Assembly: GCA_010909165.1 (NCBI GenBank)
Contig: MU008183.1
Span: 62,001 to 126,000 of the forward strand
DNA: 64,000 nucleotides
Direction of reading: 5' to 3'
Source of the DNA: Anthoceros angustus
Taxonomy: Eukaryota; Plantae; Anthocerotophyta
Part shown: piece by piece, positions 38,860 to 52,300 of the stretch
Numbering within the stretch: the first letter of the stretch is position 1
How the letters are laid out: each line of letters starts with the position of its first letter
Translations under genes and position numbers: made by a program
The notes under the pieces: model-generated
What the model saw: only the letters and a program-made list of their open reading frames with translations
Database searches by the model: none
What the model was told of the DNA's origin: nothing

Positions 38860-41030
38860 TGAACATGATAATTTTTGAAGGGGGTGAATAATCTCGAAGG
38901 GGGTTTTCCATAAATAATCTACGAAGGGGTTTTGATGGGCCCTAAAAGCAGCGTTTTGAAGGCATTGCTAAAACGACTCGAAAAAGGGTGTCACCAAGAA
39001 AGTTACTACTTTCCATCCAAAGAATGTTTGTGTCGAATGGTGGTTACAAACTCGAACCTACGGGGAATAATGCAAAGTAGGAACGGTGAGGAAGGCTGGG
39101 AAGGGACGATCAGAACTCGCTTTGGGAGGAAAATGTGGTTTTGTTATGACACCACAAAAGCCACGGACAGGTATTTCCTAACATAACATCAAGAAACGGA
39201 CTTACAACATTAACTCCTGGGACCGGAAAAAGAGATTTCCCACTCATCCCGTAGTTCAATCCTTCGTCATCACTTGGTCCACCTTCTCCTCATTGTCATC
39301 ATTATCTTCAAATGACTTTGACTCGCAGTTGTATTAAGCCACGCAACTCGCAGAGCTTATCCCTATCGCTTTTTGTCCAATCGCAGATGTTTCCGGAGAA
39401 GTACCCTCTACACCGACCCACCAAATGCCGGCTCGATTTCGCATTTGCTTCTAAGGTTAGCCTTCATTCCAAGGTTGCTTCTAAGGTTAGTTTGAATTTT
39501 TCGATGGAAGTGCCACGACAGGGGTGGAAGGGAGGGCCACAATGGGCACGTGAGGGAGGGCGCCGCCGCCGGCACTGCTCGCACTCCACCCGTCGGGCAA
39601 GGCCGGTGGTGCGAGGAGAGCGCCCGGCGGCCGGCGCCCACGCGCACCACCACCGACCCCTGGCCGGGTATGCTGGTGGAGGAGGGGCGGCCCGCCCGCC
39701 TCCCTCCTCCGCGCACCACTCGTGGGGGTTTGGCGCAGCCGGAGGGATGGCGGGCGCCGCTGGCGGCGCCCGCCCTTCTGCACCACCGCCGTATGCCCGA
39801 TGGGTGAGCGCGACGGGGCCGCGGCGCCTCCTCCACGCACACACCCATCGTGGGCCCACCGGCGGTGGTGGAGGAGGGCGCCGCCGGGCGCCCCAGGCCG
39901 CTCGGGTCACCATTTGCCCACCCTACGGGTGAGCCAGGGAGGCGCGGCCCGCCGCCCTCACACGCCACCCATCGGCCTACGGGCGGCAGAGGCTGGCGCC
40001 GGCCGGCCGCGCCTCCCTAGCACACCCTCCCATGGGCGCTGGCCGGCGCCCAACACGCCTGCCGTACGCTGCCGGCAGCGCCTCGCCTGATGGGCGCCGG
40101 CCCCCACCAACACGCCCTTCCCTCCCTTGGCGCCGGCGGCCCTCCCTAGCACCCTGCCCTCCTCATAGGCTGTCTTTAAGAAAATTAATATGTATTGGCT
40201 CAGTAAGTTTGTAACTTGGGATTGTTGGTTTAGTGTTTGGGGAAAAGTTTAGTAATGAATAGGGTCTGGGTTTAAAGCCCATATCCTTTTAATAACTCAA
40301 CTTTGTTGATTTTAAGGATGCTTGCATGGGCGCATGGGCAACTAACTTTGTTCATTTTAAGGACGCTGGCATTGCCTTAAAGCCCAAGTGGTTGCATTGA
40401 GTGCCGAAGGTTGAAGACTACGATCGGCGACCTTTTGGATGAGGGCCGCAAACCCTAGATGTGTGGCGCTCCACACCGCCGATGGTCCCGTGAATGATAC
40501 TATTGAAGACGAGCAAGCAATGGAGGAGAACGATAACTTTGAGGCGGACGATATGGACCGCATCCCAATATGGCGGTGGTTCTTGACTCGGTGTCGATGC
40601 AAGGCATGGATGAGTCGCCAGCCGCACTCTTCAATGACTATTGTCGGCCATGACCACCCTCCTTTAGCGTATGTTTGTTGCAATGTTCTTTATTAAAAAA
40701 TGAGACTCTAGCATGTGATTGTTTTCATTGTGTTCCACCACTTCAAAGTAAAAGTTTTCGTTGTAATAAACATATAAAAATGGCAGCCCTCTAAACATTC
40801 TACAAAAGCGCGGGCAGGCCCCACCCTCATGCTCCGGTTCTAGGGTGTTCACTTGAAAGTGCGTCTTTTATCCTTTGGTATGACCTCGGAAAGGGTGTGT
40901 GCATTATCAAAGTAGGGCAAATATGCTGTTCTAGGTAAGGTGTTCTTCGTGACAAGGGGTCTTTGTGTAATGAGAAGGGGTGATATATCCCTTCAAAATT
41001 ATCGTGTTATTGCTGTTGGATTGTCCCAAA
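38860..41030. repeat. Unclassified dispersed repeat, copy 1, with a GC-rich middle (39500-40160)
   Basis: 38860-39385 is similar to 56983-57530, and 40165-41010 is similar to 58368-59210. Confidence 0.85.
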
Positions 41031-41079
41031 AATGGAGGTGTCTTGAGGGTCTCTCACATGTTTTACAACATACATACAA

Positions 41080-41310
41080 CCTAATCTAATTTACAACACG
41101 ATCCATTGCAAATCGCACTTGTACATTGTAAGCGTTTAAGAGAGGCCAAGATAGGCCTCCCCCAATTTACAACATAGTCTAATAATTTACAACACGGCCC
41201 GTTGCAAAGCGCACTTGTATGTTGTAAAATGTATGAGCAGGATCGAGCCTGCACACGTTTACAACAAATTCACAATGCGATCTCATATACTGCCATTGCA
41301 AGCGATCTTG
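41080..41310. repeat. Short diverged repeats resembling transposon subterminal motifs
   Basis: aatttacaacacg..cc.ttgcaaa.cgcacttgta..ttgtaa at ~41088 and ~41184. Confidence 0.6.
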
Positions 41311-41500
41311 CCCGTTGTATGCTGGTCGGCGGGCTTCAGTGCCATTGACAATTTCACAGGAGCCACCGGCGGTAGTCATAGAGAGACACAAGCCACGGTT
41401 CCCCAAGCTATACCACCTGCTTTCAGGCTCTCAAATAAATCATAGCAAGAATAAGGAAACGACATAGGAAGCGGAGCTGGCCGCAACCAGCACTCCACAA

Positions 41501-41572
41501 CACCCTCAAGCAAGAGAGATGCACCACCTTCAAGCAAGAGACATGCACCACCTTCAGGCAAGAGACATGCAG
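41501..41572 (+). repeat. 24-bp minisatellite x3
   Basis: cacc(c/t)tca(a/g)gcaagaga(g/c)atgca(c/g) three times. Confidence 0.9.
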
Positions 41573-41820
41573 TCCTCTTCATGTGTCATTTAGCTGTCGA
41601 ACAACTTCCACAAAAAATTGGACACTGTAACTCAGAACGTGATTGCTTGATGTGAGAAGCCATATGAACTAGCATCCGATTAGCATCTTGTAGCACAGTG
41701 ACAGGGACTCTTGCTTGGTTAGTAGTTGTGGCGCGACTTTCGCTGACAGCCAGCCGGGCGCGCACAATCCCGTGTCGTTGTAGTAAGGGGTCCGCTCCCA
41801 AGAGAATGATGGGCTCCGTT

Positions 41821-44800
41821 TGTCACGTTTCAATCGTTTCTCACCTCACACCGTGACCATTTCGGACTCAACACACGCGTTTATCGTTTCGCTACTAACT
41901 ACCCGTAATGTCCACCGAACAGGCTCGGCGTGGTCAAACGTTTAAGGACTCGTTCGCGTCCGTATCATTCCAGTCCGTTCATCGTACTTCTAGTCCGTCC
42001 CTCTTACCACTCTCGTTGTACTCGTCTAAACCACTCACGCTAAAATCTCCACATCTCTCACGGCACTCGCCGCCCTTGAAAAGCGGGTGGGCTGCGTGGT
42101 CCGGACCTCCTCGTGTTCACCGGGCCTCTCCAAGACTCTACACGCCCTCCCGAGGGTTCCCCACTCACGCGTCCGGTCATTCCGGCGCTCTGCGGCGAGG
42201 GGTCCCGATCGTTCGTTCACGCACACACCACCACCGTCGTCACCGGGACGGGATCGGTCTCTCGGGAGTACGTGCACCTTTCATTGACTCGGGACTCACG
42301 TTAGCAAGAAGGCGCGCGGTGTGCAGGAAGCACGGCATCAACACCAAGAAAGGTACTTTACTAGAGCGGCCTCGGCCTCTTATACTCGCCCAAAGTCGGC
42401 GTCTTTATTACACCCTATTACAGTGGTGGCCCTCGGTATGCTGTCACCTACCATCTTATTCCCTTCCTCCTATCTCGTCGTCGGCGGTGGGCACGAGGAT
42501 GACCTTGGTTCCGTCTCGGCGGTGGCCCCAATCCCGCTTTGGCGGTTGCGGCGCGCAATCGGATGATCCGGCGGTAGGACCCCTCCCGTCGGAATCCTGT
42601 CGAGGTTGGGCTACGGCGGCGGTCGTGCGGTAACCACCATCTTCCTCTCACGGCCCCAGTGGGTCCCAGCCCGGTGGGACCACTTTGAAAACATAGCCAA
42701 TCCAACCAAACACGGACATACAAAACATCTAGCTACAGACCGAGCTATCCTAACAACACTCGGACACATGGCTATCTTAGCCACGCGACCTGTTGCTACC
42801 TTAGCAGCGGGACGGTTGCTATCTTAGCAACCACCCTCTATTTTAGCGTGGGCCCATCTCGGGTTCGGGCACAGCTATTAATAGAAGGTGGGGGCCCACT
42901 TGGGGTCCAAGTGGTAAGATTGGACACCCTCTCTCTTATCCTTCCACAAAGTCGATCCACCAATCGAGTTGCCGATCACACAACCCACCTCCTTACTCGT
43001 AACACTTCCCGGATCTCTCTTTCTTCCCTCCAACCTTTCAGCTTTCCTCCCAAGCTTCATAGTCCTCCCAGGCTCTCACGACTCACAGGTACCTCATCTC
43101 TCTCCATACTCCCCAAGTTTCCTCTGCAACTCCCTTGCTCCTTGTTCTCACACCTCACGGCCTCATTCAATCTCCACTTTCTCAGAAACATCACTTCAGG
43201 ACTTCTCCAATCCCTCTTACTTCTCTCCACGTGTGCAACTCTCCATGTCATTTCACTCCTCTCACAGTTCACTTTTCCACATTTTCCAAGCATACAAACC
43301 CACGGTTCGTCTCACTTGACCTTCTCTTCCACCCACACGGGCTCCCGCCTTGTCTCCTTTTCCACATGACCTTGACACCTGAAAACTCAAACACAAGGTG
43401 AGTACTAGACAAGGCGAGAGAATGAGTAAGAGAATGGACCCTCCCGGCTTCACAATCCCCTTCCTCTTATCCTTGGGAACTCCTCCAAGGAGACCACAGT
43501 TCCCTCCCTTGCTTTCCACCACTCTTGCGGATCTGGTCACACGGTCTGGGCAACAGTAGTCTTCTCGGCTCCTCCTGTGGGAGAAAGCAGTGCCTAGACT
43601 CCAGACCTTTGGATCAGGTACCCCCAAACCCCGTGCTCAAACAGGACTTTAGGCCAACATTGCTTGCATTTCATCAAGAGGGCCTCTTATACCCAGATCA
43701 CAAAAGTAGCTTGGCTGCAAAAATAATCGGTCTTAGCCTACCAAGCCTAGAGGCCTATCTCTTAATTCTATCCACTATGAGGAAGATTAGTCTATAACAC
43801 ATGGGCCTTCATCTATTTCAGGCCACTTACCCCTATTATCCCTCACAGGCCTCCTAGGCCTTCATGTTCTCCTCTTGCTCTTCTCCCTCTTGGCTGGTTG
43901 GGCAATCTCTCCCACAAAATCTCCACCTCCTCAGCTGGACTCTTCCCTCTCTTGCTCGCGCAGCACAGTACTCCTCCTCGGTGAGCTCTTGAATCTGGAT
44001 GGGTCGTGAAAGTCTCCCGTGAGTCCAACCCATAGGTAGGATCCGGTGCCGTCAAGGCATGGATCAAGTACCTCCATGTCCCCCTGTGCCCACAACAACA
44101 TAAACTTTCGGAGATAATCTTCTCTCCCGGCCAAGGAGAATCCGGGCACATGATTATCTTGATAAGCATCCCTCAATCTAATGCACCATTGGGAAGTTAG
44201 ACTTCTTAGGCGGTGCTTACCCGCTCCCCAGCTGTTGTCCTCCTCCGGTCTTCTTGCCCCTTTCTTCCTTGTGGCTTTGGTCTTGGAGCTTATTCGATTG
44301 TTGCTTCCCTATAGCAGGCTGTTGCTTCCTAACCAGCGGCGGTTGCTTGCTTAGCAACCTCTTGCTAACTCGTGATTCTTCCATAGGAGGCCTCTTCCAC
44401 GGTGGCCCTCCTTGCAATCCAGCCCTCTTGGCCTCCTTCCGACCTTTCCTAGCCTCGTCCCTCTCCTTCTGTGGCGTGAGGCATCCGAGGTTTCTGCACT
44501 TGTGAAATAACATTCTGCAGCTCTCCTATGGTGCTCTGTGTGTCGGAGGAGGTGAGCCATGAGGCTTCTGGTCCTTAGACTTCTCCTCTCCTCGGACCTT
44601 CCCTATTTCCACTTCCAAGCTTAGGCGTCCCTCCAAAACCTCCTTCTCCTTCTTCATCTTGGAGCTCCTCCAATTGCTTGTTGCTTGCTGCTTTGTAAAC
44701 CTAACAAGGAGAGGACGAGCTCGATCTTCCATCTAGCCACAGTGCGTGCCATAGCTGAAACCAACTCCTGTGGGGTGATGTTAGGTCCCCGGACCTTCTT

Positions 44801-47080
44801 TGGGAATGGGCTCCCTCCTTCCTATCTGTCGCGGTGGCCGCCCCACAACTTAGGGTATACTTGAAAGCCACCCGTTGAGCAGTGAGTCACTTTCTCGGAT
44901 CGCTCGGCCGTGCCCAAGGGTTGGGCGATTCCTCTGTTGACTGTGGTTTCCCACCCAGGCTCTGGGATATTGGTGCTGCCACAGCCTTGCCCTTGTCTTG
45001 GGCAGTTGGTTTCCTCCTTCCTCACCCCTTTGGGCCCTCATCCCTATCCTCCACGGCGGGTTGCGGTGACTACCCCAAGGTCCGTTGCATTGGCGGCGTC
45101 ACCTCCTCCTGGGCTCTTCTCCACAGCTGCCGATCGTCACCAAACAAGGCCACCAAGGCCCCGTCATCCCCATGCCCTTCTTCCCTTCCACTCTCTACAG
45201 CCTTGGGAGGTCCAGTCCCGTTATGGCGGGCTGAGGCTTCAACACCTTGAGGAGCTTAGCGTGGTAGTAGGCAAAATCCGAGTCAATTTTGCTGGATTGC
45301 CTCTTCCACATCTTGGCACCGATACTCCCTTCGCCATAGGTGCTCGGGAGGCGTCTTGTCAAACTGGACCATCTCTTCTGCCGGGTTTGTATGGGCAGGC
45401 GAATCTCGCGAGCCACAAGGGAAGCCTTTGTTACTTCCCACCGCCGTTGTTGCTCACTTTGCTCTCCAGCTCCGTCGTTTCTCGGCTTTGCCACTTCCGC
45501 CGCGGCGCCTCCCCCTCTTAGCTGGACGGCGCTGCTGCAAGGCTCTCGCTCCTCCGTTCATCACGGCCTCAAGCTCGCCATCTCTCTCTCCAGGTGATCG
45601 GCAACTCTGCCCGTTCACTTCATCGGGTCCCTCTCCACTGTGTCATAGAACATCTGGCCCAATCTATCTTGGACCCTCTCACCACCTCATAGAAAGACAA
45701 GGAAATGGTCGACAATGTGCTCCGGCTTCTTAATGAGGTGAGGATCACTGGCTAATCCACGGCTCGGTCTAGCTTGTTGGTGACCCGGCCATTCTCCACT
45801 CTAGACAATGTGGGAGCAATGGCTTGTGCCTCCTGACTTTTGAGGAGATGGTTTCTGAAAGGGTCAATGATTATCCCATACATTCCTCTTGGTCTCTCAT
45901 AAGACCGGAGCAATGAATATCCAGTGCGGGGGGTCCTCACGTTGCCTTCCCCTATGGCCTTCTCCCTCATGCTCTGCACTCCAAAACCAACGTGGGGCTA
46001 TTGTAGCACCACTTTTTGTCCATGAAGGACGGTGATGTAGCCACCAAAGACCCTTCACTCTCCGATTGCCCCATATTGGGCCATTGGGCGTCGTAATGGC
46101 CTCAATGGCGGCCGGAGTATTCTTCTTAGGCGCCATGCTCCTGTCCGAAATTCACCGCAGCGCAGGCGAGGATCCCCCACGGAATCTGCTCGGCTTCGAC
46201 CTCACGGTGGCGTGTCACCCCATTTTACTTGGGGAATCACGCAATCACGGTTGCAGTGACCCTTCGCCGTCTCGGCCCCTATCCGCCACGGTGACGCGCT
46301 TGATCGATTATTCCGAGCCCTCGTGTTACTCTGTTCGGCCAGCTACTCCGGCATGCCGACCCTTGTGGCGTGACCATGCTCCTGCTTCCACAGTTATAAG
46401 AATCCCTATGTTTTCCGGGACATTCCTCGAATGCTTCGGTCGTGCCCGACCACCGCTTTTCCACCAATTTTGCGGGCCGGTTCCCTGACCACTTCACTGG
46501 CCCTATCAACCCGTGCTCTTCCCAACTTCTTGCGGCAGCCCCTTGACCTCCGATCCTTCGCATCCTCCCGGACACCGCCACAATCACATTGGTCCTCCCT
46601 GCAGCGCTCGTGCGGCTGATGCCTTCAGCGACTCATGTCGCCTTGCCGGCGTTCGCTCCGGTCTCCGTCCACAATTACGCCGAGCTTGAGGCGGCGCCGT
46701 CTTCAATCCGCTTTGGATTCGATGCAAATCCTCTTCCACTTGTTCTTAATTGCCAATAGGACCCCCTTACTTCCCGTTTGGGTATTCCTTGTAATTCCAT
46801 CGATTGGATTTTCCAAGTCATTGGAAAGAAACTCCAACTTGGTTGCTACCATAGCAGCTCGGTCGGTTGTGGTCATAGCAACAGTGCAGCAGCCCTAGCA
46901 ACGTTAGCAACGGTCGAGCAACCCTCAGGGTTACATCCGGGATCGGGACTAGACCCTCTTCCTCCTACTAGGCTCTAGTAGACTTTCTTTATTTCCTAAC
47001 CTACTTCACATTCCCACTCCACACGATTCTCTACTTAAACACAAAACAAAAAAACACTCCTTTCCGAAATTAGTACCATG
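41821..47080 (-). mobile_element. LTR-retroelement-like region with Gag zinc knuckle and protease but no visible RT/RH/INT
   Basis: Minus strand: HKCRNLG knuckle-like at ~44480-44515, HAL(ID)TGS at 44039-44065, PPT-like AAGAGAGAGGG|TG at ~42927-42940, candidate LTR 41821-42926 (TGTCA...GGACA) and PBS-like TGGTAC at ~47073-47078. Confidence 0.55.
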
Positions 47081-49360
47081 TGGTCACCACAGTCCATCGG
47101 TTTTCGCCTCTGCATGTAAGGATGTGTGCAATAAATTGCCATGTCAAAAACTATTCCCAGATTTCTAGCAATTGAAAACATCGTTGTCGGCGGAGAGGCG
47201 GAGGGAGGGTCGCGGTTTTGGCCAGCCATGTCGAGATGGAGTCGAAGGGAACAAGTTTCCTTTGCTTGTGATTTCGGTCACATGGCGGCGCGAGTCAAGT
47301 GCGAGGGTGGTCTTTGTCCGGCCGCAGTGCGAGGCGAGGCAGCGGTTTGAAAGAGGCTACAATCTGCGCCTTTCAAAACCACGACGCGACCGGTTTGCCA
47401 TCTCGTTTACGCTGCCTTCACATCTTGCGCTTTATCCTAACCAAGTACGAAATGGCTTGCACATCAGGACCCGATTCGTGAGTTCGGCAATTCCTCGCGG
47501 TTCAGGAGAACTCGACTTAGACATGGTTTGAAGTGCCTATACCTTTGCTTGAAGCGGTTAGTTTCAATATGTTCATCTTTGATAAAAGGCGAGTCTCACG
47601 CCTGTACCTTGGCCGGTGACAGCAATTTGCTGTTCGGAAGGAAGCATCTGGCGTCTTGGCGCAAAGCGTGGCGCGATGTCGTGGTTGACGGTCTGTAATT
47701 TCGGTGGACATTGGGAGCACATGGAAATGCCATATGGGATCCGGATGCGAGATGGAGGACATGGATGTTGGGGAGGACCTCGCCTGGAGGAAAATGTCCC
47801 GGAGGTTCCAGTTCACAAGATCACGAGTCTAATGGCACACCGTGGTGCCGTGTAGCTCGCCGCGAGCCCTCCACGAAGTGTGGGGAATTTTTCGCTGCGC
47901 GGTCAGCAGGCGGAGGCACCATGTTCAGCAAACATGGGCGGCTGTATGGGCGACATGGACAACAAGGAGCTTGTCGGAGCAATACTACGGAAAAGGGGAT
48001 TGCGGTGGGTCCAGGACCAACTGTTGGAGCTAACAAGTGGCGGCAAGAGGAAGGGAATGTGGCGAGCCGGGCTTTGCCACCATTGACATTGGTGGCCTCA
48101 ATGTGCCACGGCAGAAGTTCATGGAAGTCATCCGCGCAAAGCGCAAAGCGAGATTCCGGCAAATGGGCGACTTGTCGCGAGCAAGGAGGAAGGAACTGCG
48201 TTAAGTGGCTTCCACGGTTCCCGATCTCTGGTGAAGTCCATGATTAGGTCGGAGTTTAGGACACCGACGCGGAACAACAAATATGTGGAGGCGGCAAAGG
48301 CATACGCCTTAGCGGAGAAGAGTAGGGAAAAAAGCTGCGACTTTGAAACCTCCAGGGGATGAAAAGGTGTGGAGGATATTGTCACATGGGCACGAGTTGA
48401 ACTCGGACAACACGGGAACTTTTGCCGTCGAAGGCATCGCTTGCGACAAAGGCGAGATTGAGAAATCCAATGGACAAGGGCCAAACCCATGGGGCCTGTG
48501 GACGTCTTGGGGAGTTCAAGTTCCAAGAAAAGTATGGGAGAGCCCCAATACCGAATGCGAATTTGGTGCACTCGGCCACTAGCAAAAATGCATGAACGTG
48601 GGATGTGATGGGCGGGGAGAACCACATGGCGGACTTTCGAAAGATCTGCATAATAAGGGCTCAGCGATGCAAAACCACAGGCCAAACGCAATTCGGGTAG
48701 TGTGCGAATTAATTCCGATTTGGATGTTGGTGCTTGGATGAAGACGGTGGGAAGAGCCGGATGGGGATGACACATACGAGGACACAAATTCCGAGGCGAG
48801 GTGCTCGGAGGACGAGGGACGGAGAAGAGTATGCGAGAGGGGAAGGGACGGGTGCGAATGGGGATGAAGACAACAGCGAGAATGGAAAAAGCGTTGGCAT
48901 GTCACACATCCGCATCAGTCACTAGGTGGAGGGGCATCGGTCGGACAACGATTTCGAGAAAGTGTATACTCGTTCTCGGGCGACGAAGCGGCCGAGTGGA
49001 CGTCTGGCGAGGCGGGATGGAGGGCGGCGTGGCGGTGAGCAAAGGCCTCGGCGTCGAAGGGGAAGGAGAGAGGCGAAGTCCGGTGAGGCGTCTTGATGGA
49101 CTCATGAGGTTTGGGCTGCACTGTTAGTTGCACTGTTTCTTCTCATGCGAGCTGGCCGGTCATGGGCGTCGTCAATGTGGAGGGCTGCAACCATCCGCCA
49201 AGAGAACCAACAATGGAAAGGCACAAAGCGGAAAGGAGCACGGCTGTATCACGGAATGCGAAAAGAGCCAAAGGCCGCAAAAGTGTCATAGCGCGATCAA
49301 ATCGCCCGCGCGAGTATAATTAGATCTCGAGGCGCGAAACTACAAAACCATGAAATGATA
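43971..49360 (+). repeat. Copy 1 of an apparently exact 5390-bp tandem duplication
   Basis: Every ORF recurs at +5390 with identical translation. Junction ...tgaaatgata|ctcctcctcg with 2-bp (ta) microhomology. Confidence 0.97.
47091..49360 (+). mobile_element. CACTA family B fragment (TnpA-like region), truncated by the duplication junction
   Basis: agtccatcggtttt..tgcatgtaaggatgtg matches 35961 onward. Confidence 0.85.
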
Positions 49361-52300
49361 CTCCTCCTCGGTGAGCTCTTGAATCTGGATGGGTCGTGAA
49401 AGTCTCCCGTGAGTCCAACCCATAGGTAGGATCCGGTGCCGTCAAGGCATGGATCAAGTACCTCCATGTCCCCCTGTGCCCACAACAACATAAACTTTCG
49501 GAGATAATCTTCTCTCCCGGCCAAGGAGAATCCGGGCACATGATTATCTTGATAAGCATCCCTCAATCTAATGCACCATTGGGAAGTTAGACTTCTTAGG
49601 CGGTGCTTACCCGCTCCCCAGCTGTTGTCCTCCTCCGGTCTTCTTGCCCCTTTCTTCCTTGTGGCTTTGGTCTTGGAGCTTATTCGATTGTTGCTTCCCT
49701 ATAGCAGGCTGTTGCTTCCTAACCAGCGGCGGTTGCTTGCTTAGCAACCTCTTGCTAACTCGTGATTCTTCCATAGGAGGCCTCTTCCACGGTGGCCCTC
49801 CTTGCAATCCAGCCCTCTTGGCCTCCTTCCGACCTTTCCTAGCCTCGTCCCTCTCCTTCTGTGGCGTGAGGCATCCGAGGTTTCTGCACTTGTGAAATAA
49901 CATTCTGCAGCTCTCCTATGGTGCTCTGTGTGTCGGAGGAGGTGAGCCATGAGGCTTCTGGTCCTTAGACTTCTCCTCTCCTCGGACCTTCCCTATTTCC
50001 ACTTCCAAGCTTAGGCGTCCCTCCAAAACCTCCTTCTCCTTCTTCATCTTGGAGCTCCTCCAATTGCTTGTTGCTTGCTGCTTTGTAAACCTAACAAGGA
50101 GAGGACGAGCTCGATCTTCCATCTAGCCACAGTGCGTGCCATAGCTGAAACCAACTCCTGTGGGGTGATGTTAGGTCCCCGGACCTTCTTTGGGAATGGG
50201 CTCCCTCCTTCCTATCTGTCGCGGTGGCCGCCCCACAACTTAGGGTATACTTGAAAGCCACCCGTTGAGCAGTGAGTCACTTTCTCGGATCGCTCGGCCG
50301 TGCCCAAGGGTTGGGCGATTCCTCTGTTGACTGTGGTTTCCCACCCAGGCTCTGGGATATTGGTGCTGCCACAGCCTTGCCCTTGTCTTGGGCAGTTGGT
50401 TTCCTCCTTCCTCACCCCTTTGGGCCCTCATCCCTATCCTCCACGGCGGGTTGCGGTGACTACCCCAAGGTCCGTTGCATTGGCGGCGTCACCTCCTCCT
50501 GGGCTCTTCTCCACAGCTGCCGATCGTCACCAAACAAGGCCACCAAGGCCCCGTCATCCCCATGCCCTTCTTCCCTTCCACTCTCTACAGCCTTGGGAGG
50601 TCCAGTCCCGTTATGGCGGGCTGAGGCTTCAACACCTTGAGGAGCTTAGCGTGGTAGTAGGCAAAATCCGAGTCAATTTTGCTGGATTGCCTCTTCCACA
50701 TCTTGGCACCGATACTCCCTTCGCCATAGGTGCTCGGGAGGCGTCTTGTCAAACTGGACCATCTCTTCTGCCGGGTTTGTATGGGCAGGCGAATCTCGCG
50801 AGCCACAAGGGAAGCCTTTGTTACTTCCCACCGCCGTTGTTGCTCACTTTGCTCTCCAGCTCCGTCGTTTCTCGGCTTTGCCACTTCCGCCGCGGCGCCT
50901 CCCCCTCTTAGCTGGACGGCGCTGCTGCAAGGCTCTCGCTCCTCCGTTCATCACGGCCTCAAGCTCGCCATCTCTCTCTCCAGGTGATCGGCAACTCTGC
51001 CCGTTCACTTCATCGGGTCCCTCTCCACTGTGTCATAGAACATCTGGCCCAATCTATCTTGGACCCTCTCACCACCTCATAGAAAGACAAGGAAATGGTC
51101 GACAATGTGCTCCGGCTTCTTAATGAGGTGAGGATCACTGGCTAATCCACGGCTCGGTCTAGCTTGTTGGTGACCCGGCCATTCTCCACTCTAGACAATG
51201 TGGGAGCAATGGCTTGTGCCTCCTGACTTTTGAGGAGATGGTTTCTGAAAGGGTCAATGATTATCCCATACATTCCTCTTGGTCTCTCATAAGACCGGAG
51301 CAATGAATATCCAGTGCGGGGGGTCCTCACGTTGCCTTCCCCTATGGCCTTCTCCCTCATGCTCTGCACTCCAAAACCAACGTGGGGCTATTGTAGCACC
51401 ACTTTTTGTCCATGAAGGACGGTGATGTAGCCACCAAAGACCCTTCACTCTCCGATTGCCCCATATTGGGCCATTGGGCGTCGTAATGGCCTCAATGGCG
51501 GCCGGAGTATTCTTCTTAGGCGCCATGCTCCTGTCCGAAATTCACCGCAGCGCAGGCGAGGATCCCCCACGGAATCTGCTCGGCTTCGACCTCACGGTGG
51601 CGTGTCACCCCATTTTACTTGGGGAATCACGCAATCACGGTTGCAGTGACCCTTCGCCGTCTCGGCCCCTATCCGCCACGGTGACGCGCTTGATCGATTA
51701 TTCCGAGCCCTCGTGTTACTCTGTTCGGCCAGCTACTCCGGCATGCCGACCCTTGTGGCGTGACCATGCTCCTGCTTCCACAGTTATAAGAATCCCTATG
51801 TTTTCCGGGACATTCCTCGAATGCTTCGGTCGTGCCCGACCACCGCTTTTCCACCAATTTTGCGGGCCGGTTCCCTGACCACTTCACTGGCCCTATCAAC
51901 CCGTGCTCTTCCCAACTTCTTGCGGCAGCCCCTTGACCTCCGATCCTTCGCATCCTCCCGGACACCGCCACAATCACATTGGTCCTCCCTGCAGCGCTCG
52001 TGCGGCTGATGCCTTCAGCGACTCATGTCGCCTTGCCGGCGTTCGCTCCGGTCTCCGTCCACAATTACGCCGAGCTTGAGGCGGCGCCGTCTTCAATCCG
52101 CTTTGGATTCGATGCAAATCCTCTTCCACTTGTTCTTAATTGCCAATAGGACCCCCTTACTTCCCGTTTGGGTATTCCTTGTAATTCCATCGATTGGATT
52201 TTCCAAGTCATTGGAAAGAAACTCCAACTTGGTTGCTACCATAGCAGCTCGGTCGGTTGTGGTCATAGCAACAGTGCAGCAGCCCTAGCAACGTTAGCAA

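Noticed and set aside
39312-40152. Several long overlapping ORFs
   Set aside because: They are open in many frames on both strands because of very high GC, and translate to low-complexity Arg/Ala/Gly/Pro.
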